From the NCBI GenBank assembly GCA_958009085.1, contig OY253674.1, positions 744,001 through 808,000 of the forward strand: a DNA stretch of 64,000 nt. The letters run 5' to 3'. A program made the position numbers and the translations under genes. Origin of the DNA: Protoeuglena noctilucae (Eukaryota). Positions 26,863-36,900 of the stretch are shown here, piece after piece; within the stretch, counting starts at the first letter, position 1, and each line of letters opens with the position of its first letter. The notes below the pieces were generated by a model. It did not search any database, was not told where the DNA came from, and was given only the letters and a program-made list of their open reading frames with translations.

Positions 26863-28138
26863 ATGAGCCGGGTGCTCCTGGGGACATCCAAGGAGACGGC
26901 CAAGCTGGTCGATTTGCTTGCGAAGAGCGTAGACAGCTACTTTGAGGACCATGCCGTCGGGGAGCACGAGTACGCCAAGGTAAGCCAGGACGAGGGACGC
27001 AGCGGCCCCGCCGCGCGCCTGGCGAGCGATTTGCGCCATTCTCGCTGGCAACTGTGACGTCGATATCATATTGATGCCATCATGCATATCGTGCCTCCTG
27101 CGACGCGACCGGACGCATGCTCTCGCCCCCCGACCTTTCGCAGATGTTGGCGCAGCAGTTGCGGGAGCTGCCGGAGCACATCTCCGGGCCGCTGGAGCAC
27201 CTGACGGCAGGTGGGAAGGCATTGCGACTTGGAGTAGCGGACGCAGGCCAGGGGGAGCCGCGGGTGGGGAGGCAAAGTGCCACACTTCCTCCCCGCAGTG
27301 GCCGCGAGCGACGTGGACGCCGGTCCAGCCGCGGCGACGAGCTCGTCGAAGCCGCTGTCGGCGGACGCGCTGAAGCTGGAGCAGGAGATCCAGGACATCG
27401 CGCGGAGGCTCGTGGAGCGCCGGCAGTCGCTGCCCTCCCGCCTGGCCCAGATGGTCGCGGAGGGGATGGAGGCGCTGCGGCCGCGCGCCGAGGCTCTCTC
27501 GGATCTCCTCGACGCCGAGGCGCCAGGGGCCCCGGCGGAGGCGGGGTGCGCGCCCGCGGAGGGCCCCTCAGAGATCAAGGCACGTTTCGCAGGCGTCTCT
27601 GGCAAGCTGCCGGGCCTGCGGACGCGGCTGGAGCGCGTCGTACAGCGGCTGGAGCGGAGCTTAGCCGCCGTGGAGGCCGAGCGGGGCGCGCGGAAACCAC
27701 CAAGCGAAGGCGGGGCGTCCCGGCAGGTGACTTGTCGGGTTTCCACTGCGGCCCTGGGGCAGTGAGGGTGCGTTGGCAACGACCAACCACGTTACCGCGC
27801 AGCTCCGCTCCGATGTGCCCCGCAGGAACCCCGCCGGGCGTCCTTCAACCCCCTGGCCAGCCCGCCGGCCCAGGCAAGGGCTGCGACAGACGATGACCCC
27901 CGGACGCCGCCCACGCGGGGCGCAGAGCCGAAGCGCGCGCGGGACGCGCAGTTATCGCCGGCGTTCCAGGTGCGTGCGATAGTGTGGCGAGGCAGGTGCT
28001 GGCTCTTTGTGGGAATGGCTAAGGCTGAGGATAGCGGCCATGCGTCGAGATCATCATCGTCCTATGTCTCAGGAGGCGATGGAGTCCGGGAGGATCACGA
28101 CGCGCAAGAGGTCAAGGACGTCGCCTCCAGGGCCTTGA
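26863..28138 (+). CDS. Coiled-coil protein, candidate kinetochore Nsl1/Mis14-like, 5 exons
   Basis: Spliced ORF from 'MSRVLLGTSKE' to TGA 28136-28138. The core 'LKLEQEIQDIARRLVERRQSLPSRLAQ...FAGVSGKLPGLRTRLERVV' resembles the Mis14 pattern (RRxxP ... LPxxxxKLERA). The family call is weak. Confidence 0.5.
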
Positions 28139-28269
28139 CTGAGCCTGACGTGCTTTGCATCATGGCAAGGGTGACGCTAGCGGGCACGTGAGCAGCCCAC
28201 CCTCTGCTGGGTGATTCCAGGCATCTTGCAATATTTCCTGCAGCTATCGAGCTTTTAATGCTCCCTCTA

Positions 28270-30851
28270 CTACGACGCGCGTGGGCGTCCGCGCCCCCGC
28301 GGCACCAGGCCCGCCCTCCGGGCAACGTCCGTCCGCACCGACTGCTGCAGCGCGTAGCGCAGATCCAAGCGCCCCGCCGCCATCAGCTCCTTGTCGGAAG
28401 GCACTGTCCAACCCTCCCGCAGCGCCGTCTGCGGGCCAGGCGCGGGGCACGCGTGCTCGGCTCTTCCACGTCTGTGCATGCCGCACGCTCCTGCTGCTGC
28501 CCGCACCTCCTTCAGCCTGGCTGCCGCCTGCGCCAGTGCCTCCCTGTCGGAGTGACCCTCCGTCAGACCCCGCGTGTCGACGCCCCGCTGCCCCGCGACG
28601 AAAAGCAGCACGCCCCACGCCACGCGCTCCTCGTCGTCCCAGTAGCCCTTCTGATTGCGGATCGTCTTCATCCCGAGGGAACTCGCGACCGCCGCCGCGC
28701 CTCCGGCCCTGGAGATGGCTTTGGCCACGTCTGCCCTCCCAGCTTCGACCAGCATCGGCGTACTCGGCAGCGTGCCCTGCAACCACGGCACACCCTCCCA
28801 CCCTCTCCACGGCACCTGCCGGAGCCCTCCTGCGACTCGCAGCACGCGTTCCCTCACCTCCGGCAGCCCGTTCTCCTCCGCCACCTGCTCCAGCGCCGCC
28901 ACGACCCTCTCGTGGTCCCGCCCCACGTCCACCCGGGGCCACGACGGCCGCCGGTCGAGCATCCGGGCCACCTCCCGGTAGCCCCCCGCGCGCACGATCG
29001 CGTGGTGCAGGTCGTAGCGCCCCGCGGCCCGGAGGCTCATCTCGGACGGCATGACGCAGTCCTCGTCGTCCTCGATCCACACGAACGAGCCCTCATCACC
29101 AATCGGGATCTTCGTGGGGGCCTGGGGCTCCCCGAACCGGACCTGTCCCGTCACCGAGTTGTAAAAGTACGTCTCCCCCACGGCCCCGTCCACGCCCTCC
29201 TCCGTCAGCTCCACCCAGCTCGCCGCCACGAATCGACTGATCTCCTCCCCCAACACCTCCTCGTTCTCCCAGTACCCCGCCGGCCGGCGACATGCGCGCA
29301 GGTGCAGCAGGGACGCCGTCTGCAGGTGGCCCCCGCACCTCTGCGGCACAGGGGCGGTCGAAGCGATCAACTGCTATGCACAGCCCTGTCGCCAGGCTAT
29401 AAACAGCTCGCGTCTGGCGCCGCGCCGCTCGCCTGGATTGCCGCCAGAATGTCCTTCCTCCCGGCGCGCTCGAGGACGCCTTTGCTGGGCATGCCCGGCA
29501 CAGGCACGGGGCCCTGCCCGGGACCCGGCAGGCGTAGATAGGGCCGCAGCGCGACGCGCAGCCACCGCACGAGCAGTCGCCGGCGGCCGATGTCCAGAAG
29601 TCCCTTGGGGAGGTCCACGACGACAACGCGTGCGTCGACGTGCACCGCGCACACGATCTCCGGCACCAGGGGGACCAAATGCTCCACATCCTGTCTATCT
29701 TGCTCGCCGTCCTCGACCCACTCGTCGCCCACCCACCGCCCCGAGCCCTCCCCGCCGCCCTCCCATGCCCCGTCTTCGTCCTCTTCGCCCTCAACACCCT
29801 CCCCAGACTCCCTCATCAACTCCATGTGCGCCCTGAGCACCGAATCGTCTCGATATATCAACAGAGGCTCCCCTCTGCCCCCCACGACGTCAACGTCCTC
29901 CTCCCACTCCTCCTCGGACAGCTCCTCGCCCGCGTGCCCCGCTCCCTCCTCCACCATCAGGCCCTCGAATGACACCCCCTCGCCCGGCGATGACCCCTCC
30001 ACGTGCGCCACATGCTCGACCTCTCCCGCCTCCCCCGTGGCCCTCTCTTGACCGCTATCTGACAAGTCCCGACGTCCGGACTCGAGGATCGCCTCGGCCA
30101 CCTGCATCACCTCGTCCGGCACCGTCGGCAGCGATGCCAGCACTTGGCGCTCCGCCTCCGCGTAGTCCTCGACCACTCTGCGACGTGGGGCGGCAGGCGG
30201 CGCCGTGGCTGCCAGCTGCATGGCGGTGCGCGCGTATGGGGTGGCCCTAACAGCGCACGCTCGCCTCAGGAGCCCCAGGAAGGTTCCAGCAGGGGTTGCT
30301 CCCTCATCTTCGTCGTTCGCGAAGGGTGTGAAGCCATCCACGACGCCGACCAGCGTCTTAGATTTGCGCTGGACGACCCTGCCGGGCAGGGGGGGGGCAC
30401 AGCGTCGCCGCTGCGAGCTATAAACGGTCGTCCCGCAGCAAGCAGCTGCTGCAGCTCACTTGAAACCCTCCAAGCGCTCTATGGCGCGCTGCCGGTGCTT
30501 GCGTAAGAAGGCATCCAGCGTGAATGATGACGGGCGGGGCGCGCTCCCTGCTCTTTGCGCGCGGTTCCCCCGTGTCGCCTGTCGCGCTTTGCTTTCCTCG
30601 TGACGGACGACCCGGGCGGGGCCACGCTCGGCCGCGACCCGCTGAGGCGCCGCGGAGCCACGGGTCACCGCGTTGCTGCGTGGTTCGTGGGATTCCTGCG
30701 TCCCCTGGTCGGCGTCCCAGGCGCGGTGGCACACGAGCGACCGCCTCACGCTCCGGGCGACCCAGGGCCTCCGAAGGAACGCGCACGCGCAGCGTTGGGG
30801 TACGATTGCCGGACTCTGTCCCTCGCAAGGCGAGCTCGCCCTGCAGGACAT
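28270..30851 (-). CDS. Putative plastid protein with a split RimM-type PRC barrel, GYW/'MP-S-x-GR-x-D' repeats and a WW-like motif; multi-exon, start tentative
   Basis: Transit-like start 'MSCRASS..RRPWVARSVRRSLVC'; 'LEGFKVVQRKSKTLVGVV' ... 'HLVPLVPEIVCAVHVDARVVVVDLPKGLL' (RimM C-terminal barrel); repeats 'MPSKGVLERAGRKD', 'RRPAGYWEN', 'MPSEMSLRAAGRYDL', 'QKGYWDD', 'VPSDKELMAAGRLDL'. Confidence 0.65.
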
Positions 30852-31041
30852 CTGCGTGAACGTGTCCTGCTCTGCGGAACCTTCCTCGTCACCACTCTGT
30901 GCGGGGCGGTTGGACCACGGCATCTTACTCCCCCTGGGCAGGGAGCACTGGCAGCGTCCGTACCCTACTGGCGAGGGCGCGGCGCGACACAGCTCGTGCT
31001 GGGTTTGTCTCCCGTCTGTCTGCCTGCGACAATCGACGAGG

Positions 31042-32063
31042 ATGGCTGGACAGGGCGTGGTCGCTCCCGAAGGGCGACAGCGCGGCGGAGCGCTCGTCAG
31101 CCTCCTGCTGGGGGCTGCGGCGGCCATGTGAGATCCCATGAGATAGCTATACATCCTTGATCGCAACAAAGGCAGTGCAGTGGATGCGCGGGACGGCGCC
31201 TGGCACTCTCTTGCCGGCGCTCTGGGGATCCCACACGGCAGTCGATTGCTTGGCGTTTTGCAATCGCGCTGTCCGCCTCTGCACCCCGCAGCGTCGCGAC
31301 GCAGCTGTGGGAAGCGATCAAGAGGCGGCGGAAGACCAGGCGACGCGAGGGTCGTCGCCAGCCGCCCAAACTCGAGTTTGTCCAGGCGGCCAGCTCCGAG
31401 GTGGGTGCCGATGAGGCGGCGGAGGAGCGGGCGGCGGGCTCGGAGGTGGCTCAGATCCTGGGCAGGTCACCCCCGCCGGGCCGGGAGGCGGGCGGCTCCG
31501 CCAGTCGTCCCAGCTCCGTGGCGATACGGCGTATCACCCCCGAGACGCTTCGGGAGGTCTTGGAGGTCCAGTCCCGCGGCCACCCGCCCGACCTGCACGA
31601 GCCTCCCGAGGCCCTCGAATCGCGCATGTCGCTTCCGGGGTCGCTCGCCCTGGGCGCCTTCGCCCCGACCGGGGATGACCCCGAGGGTGGTGCGGGGGAC
31701 ATGCTAGGGTATGTCATAGGGCATCCGTGGGCCGGTCCCAGCCCGCCGCCCCTCGGGGAGCCCGTGAGCGAGGTCCCCGCTCCCGCTCCTGACCACGCTG
31801 TGCTGCACGACCTGTGCGTGGTGCCCGAGGCACAGGGGATGGGCCTGGGCCGGATGCTGGGGGAGGAGTGGATGAGCGCGATGGCGGAGGCGGGGCTAGA
31901 CGCGCCGCGGCTGGTGGCGGTGGCGGGGAAGGAGGGGTTCTGGCGCCGGATGGGCTTCGTGCCGGTCGCCGACGATGCCGCACAGAAGGCGGTGGCAGAG
32001 GCGTACGGGGCGGGGGCCATGCTGATGGAGAGGCGGTCTACAGTGCCCGACGCACCGCAATGA
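31042..32063 (+). CDS. GNAT-family N-acetyltransferase with N-terminal membrane anchor, 2 exons
   Basis: Exon 31042-31127 plus intron 31128-31291 (GT..AG) gives 'ALVSLLLGAAAAIVATQLWEAIKRRR'; acetyl-CoA motif 'LHDLCVVPEAQGMGLGRML'; 'LVAV..GFWRRMGF'. Confidence 0.85.
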
Positions 32064-33577
32064 CGCGCGGGGCAAGCGATGTGATCTGCGCAAGTGGTTG
32101 CGAGTCAGGTGCCGTGGACACCCCGCCTCCGCCGCAGGGCCGCGGTGTGGCGGGGGCGGGGGCGGGCACGTCAGCTGCGGCTGCTGCCCAGCGGGCAGGG
32201 AGTGCGGTGAGCGCTGTGACGGAGGAGGCCGCCCCTCGTCCCTACGAGGAGCTGCTGTCTGCCCACCGGGAGAGGCTGAGTGCTGCGTCGCTCTCTGCGG
32301 CCTACGACCGCCTCGGCAGCGACTTTGAGGAGACGGGGCTCGACCTGGTGAGTGCGGAGGAGTAGCTTGAGAGCAAGCTTGAGAGCTAGCAACGTGGCAG
32401 TGCGGGTGTCTACTGCTATCATCCGAGGGGGACGCGTGGCTGCGCATTGCTCGCATGGACCACTTGGCAATCCATCGCTGCTGCCATCGCCCACGCAGGC
32501 CTTCATTGAGGACCTCCGCCCGCATTACGGGGGCCTGCGGGAGGAGATGGAGGGGCAGTCGGTGCCCCTCCCATGGCCTCGAAACTATGCTAAGCTGGGG
32601 GCCAAGTCACTGGCGAAGGCGAGGGAGGGCTGCACCGCCATGCGAGCGATGCCGCACCTCGTGCCCTGCCCTCAAAACCTCGCCATGACGTTCCACTACG
32701 CAGGATGCGGTGCGGCTGCTGGTGGCGCCCCTTGCGCAGCCGTCCCCGGAGGCGGGTCACGCCGTGGCGCGGCTGGCCAAGCTGGCCGCCGACTTCCACG
32801 CCGCCTTCTTCCCGCCGCCCTCCGAGGTGTTCGTGAACCCCCGCCAGAAACTCCACGTCACGCTGTTTTTCTGCTCCCACCCCTCGGACCCTCGCCCCGA
32901 CCCCTTCGCGCCCCGTGGAGGCCTCGCCTCTCTCACCATCCCGCCAGAGGCCCGACCTGGTGCGACGGCGGATGTTGTGGCGAAGGAGGTGGCGGCGCTG
33001 CGGGTCATGGGCGCGGAGTCTCTGGACCCTTTCGTTCTCGAATTGGACCGGATCGTGCTGGCCAGGTGCGGGGTGGGAAGGGCAAGGGCGATGCGGGATG
33101 CAGGAGAGGTCGCGCTGGGAGCGCAGCCTGACCTGCCCGCGTCGCGCTCTGCAGGTCCGGCGTGCTGCTGGCCCTGTGGCGAGAGACAGATGCAGAGGGT
33201 CAAGAGAGCGACGTGACGGCCACCATCCGCGCCCAGTGCCGCCACTTCATGCCGGGAGCCAGCACTCGCGAGCCGAGCATTATCCACTCCACGCTGCTGA
33301 GGGTGCTGTCCCGTGAGCACACACGCAGCTGTCAGTCTACGTCTACTGGTGTGCCCTGAGACGCGCACCCTGACACCACGCACCCTTCGCTTTGTCTGCA
33401 GCAGTGCAGGTGGCCCCTGTCGATCGCGAGAGGGTCGTGGAGTGGTGCCGGGCAGCCACGGAGGAGCTGCAGGGGATGCGCATCCCCGTCACGGAGCTGT
33501 GGTACGTCCGGGAGGAGCTGTTCTCGTGCATCGAGGGGCCCGTGTCGCGAATCCGCATCGGAGACGGCCAGCGATAG
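32060..33577 (+). CDS. 2H-phosphoesterase superfamily protein (two HxT motifs), 5 exons; may be fused to the upstream GNAT
   Basis: 'QKLHVTLFF' and 'IIHSTLLRVL' catalytic-type motifs; 'LELDRIVLARSGVLL', 'TELWYVREE'; stop TAG 33575-33577. The first in-frame ATG after the GNAT core (32060) overlaps the GNAT TGA. Confidence 0.72.
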
Positions 33578-33948
33578 CATGTGGTAGCGTGACTGACAGC
33601 TGGGGCTGTCGGAACAAACATAAAAGTGGATCGGCGTCACAATCGTGTTCAAGGTTTGTCTGGGTGCAACAGCTAGCTTTGATAGAGCAACTAGTGAAGA
33701 GGGCACGGAATGATCACATATCACAGCATGGGCATCGCAGCATGGGCTCGTAGCCTCGCGCTCTGGGGGGCCCTCTGGGAAGTTTATGGTTCATGCAAAA
33801 AAGAAAACCCGAGGTGCAACTGGGCGCAAATTCGACGCTCCACTCTCACTGACAAGAGAGGGGTTGATATACAGACTGGAAAGTGGATACACATTGGAAA
33901 ACTGTCATCATGATGTCATGCCAACCCAGCTGCCGACTCCCATATCCG

Positions 33949-36900
33949 TCACGTGCCGCGCCCATCGGCATCCCCGCGCCCCTCCGGCAGAGCCGCGGGC
34001 GCCCACAGCGCTCGCTCCAACTCCGCCACCTCCCGGAGCAGCGACTCCACCTCCCGGACGTGTTGCATCCCCGGCCTCGCGTCGGCCGCCAACGCCGCGC
34101 TCGCCTGCTCCCGCACCGCCGCCAGCTCCGACACCTTGCGCTGCAGCGCCGCGCGCGTCTGCGCCAGCTGCTCCGCGCGCCGCCGGGCCTCCTCTGGGTC
34201 CTCCTTCTTGCGGCCCGTGTCGATGGGGCGCCCTGTGATGGGATCTATGTCATCCTCAGGCCCCGGCCCCTCCTCGGCCTCCTCCGCGTCCCCCGCAGCG
34301 ATGCCCTCCCGTATCGCCTCTACCAGCTCCCGTTGCACGTGGCTGTTGTAAGCCAGCACCCCCAGCAACACTTGTGCCACCGCCCGCCCCGCCGTCTGCG
34401 CCTGGGCCTTGGTGTTCATCTCCGTGGCCTCCGCCACCACTGCCGCCGCCGCAGATTCCGAGAGCTTCGCCTCGTTGCCGACCAGGAACTGCGGCATCAC
34501 GGAATACTGGTCGGTGAGCCATCAATGGCCGTGGATGCCTATTGCAGCATTCGCGCCCAGGCAGATGTCATGGTGAGGTGACAGCCACGCAAGACATGAG
34601 ACAGCCTCGGCATCGCGTCCTCACCGCCAGTCGGTCGGCCTCCATCGGGCGAACGAGGATCTCCGCCAACGCAGCGACGAACCGGTCCGGGTCCGCCAGC
34701 GCCTTGCGGCCCTGTAAGATGCGCTGGGGCCGCCGCACCGACGCGGAGGCCAGTCCCGTGGAGACCGCCACCACGTCCAACACGCCCTGGGCGATACCCG
34801 GGCTCATGCGCAGGGACAGCAGCCACGGTCGGCCACTGTCGCTCCGCCGCCGCGCCTCCGCCGCCGCGCCCGTCACGGCGTCCTGGGCCTCGATGGGCAC
34901 GGCCCCGAACCACACCGCCTCCTTCACTTGCTGCAGCGCCTCCTCCGCTGTCGCCGCGCGGTCCGTGGCGCCGGGAGACGCACCCTTCTTCGCACGCCCC
35001 CGGGGTGCCGCCGTCGCTGCGGGTGCCCTGCCCCGGCCCCGGGACCCACCCCGCCCGCGCGAAGCCCCGCGGCCGCCCCGGCCCGGCGACGCCCGCGGCA
35101 CCGGCGACTCCACGCCGCTCCTGTCGAGATCGCTCGACTCGTTCACGTCCGACGGCGTTGGCAACGCCCGGGCAGGCGAGCGCCGCTGCCGGTTGGACCC
35201 CGGGCTCACGCCACCGGGCGACGATGGGTGGCGGCGGTTGCCCTGCTCCCACGCCCCGCTCGCGCCGCAAGAGGGCGAGGCGGCGGGCGACGGGGTCGGG
35301 AAGTCCATTGCACGCTCGCTGCTTGCGTCCACGTCGTCGAGCAGCCAAGGATCCAGCGACCCCTCATCCCCCGCTGCAACCGGCCCAGCACCGCCAACCC
35401 TCTTCCCGCCCCGCTCCCGCTCCCGGCCTTGGGACTCGCGGGCGTTCCTCGTCTGGGTCCCAGGGGCCGAGTCCACTGGAGCAACCCGGTCAGTCACTGC
35501 AGGGCCTGCGAGCCTCGACCGCGTGCCGGGAGGGACAGCTGCCTGGCGCTGCTGGGGTGAGTTGGGACCCGAGGTGGCCAGCGCCCGACCCGTCGCAGCA
35601 AAGGGGCGCTGTCCGGGTGAGGGCGCGGCCAGGGACGGCCGCTGGGATGCAGCACCGCTCTTCACGTCGAGAGTGGCCCTTGGCTGGACGGGGCTGGGCG
35701 CGGGTGCCGGGCGGGCTGGCACCGTCCCTGGCCTCGGGGTGCCCTGCGACGGCGACCTCGCGAGGCCCTGCGTGGGCGATGGCTGACCGGGGACCTTCGC
35801 CACGACGCGAGGGTGGCGCGACGGCGACGGGGGCTCCGGGGAGGAAGCGACCTCTCGCGCCGCGTTGCCACGGTCACTGTTGCCGCCCTTGCGCGTCGCC
35901 TGCCCTGGTGGGGAGGCCAGCCCGCGGGCGGCGGGGACCCGCGGCGCCGCCCTCGGTGGCGGCAAGGGAGGCGATGGCGGGCCGGGTGCAGGCGGTGACA
36001 CCACAGGCGAAGAGGCGCGTGCCCTGGCCGCCGCCTTGGCTTCCTCCCGTGAGGCCTCGCGGTGCTTGGCGACCAACGCGGCCCTCTGCACGGACAGCAA
36101 CAGGCAGGTGCTCTACTGGAACCCCACCAACATCAATGCTTGAGTGCGACTGTGCGTGCATCGCTGTGCCGGGTCTCACCTGCCCGCGCTCGTACTCCGC
36201 CAGCGCCTGTGCCGCGGCCGCCTGCTCCTCCAACTGCGCCACCTCCTCTCTCAGACTCTCCGTCTCAGCACGGAACCCGGCCGCGTTCTTCCTTGACACC
36301 CCCAGCTGGTACTTGAGCCCCTCGATCTCTCGCAGCAGCCGGCGCTGCTCGGCGAGGCCCTGCTCCCGCATCTGTGCCACGGCGGCCGCGTGGGCGACCG
36401 ACGTCGATGCCTTGCCCTCCTTGGACGCCGCCTCCAGCTCCGCCACTCTGCAGGTAATCAGCAGGCACATGAGCAGGTACATATAGAAGCCTTTGTCGGA
36501 GAAATCGTTGGTCGCTGTGGTTGGACCATACGGAAGCCTGGCAAGCTAGGACGGATCGTCGCCATGGGCATTGACCCAGCAACACTCACTGCCGACGCTC
36601 TATGCCCAGAGCTCCCCACCTGGCCTTCAGCCGCGCGATCTCCTCCCTCGCCGCCGATTCGATGCCCGCGGCCCCGGACAGCTGCCGCCCCAGCTCCTCC
36701 GCCGCAGCCAGCGCCCTGGTCATCTGCGCCTCGGCACGCCCCAATCGCTCCCGCATGTCCTCCGCGTCTCGTCGAGCGCTGTCCGCCGCGGCCTTGGACG
36801 CCGCGAGCGCCTCGCGGGCCGCGTCGAGGTGCCGTGCCTTGCGCTCCGACCGCCGCTTCCACGCCTCACGCTGCAGGATGACGTCCGACACCTCGGCATG

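Noticed and set aside
30852..31169. Extending the RimM-like gene to ATGs at 31127-31154
   Set aside because: Those ATGs fall within the well-supported first exon and intron of the GNAT gene on the opposite strand, and ATG 30851 gives a better transit-like start.
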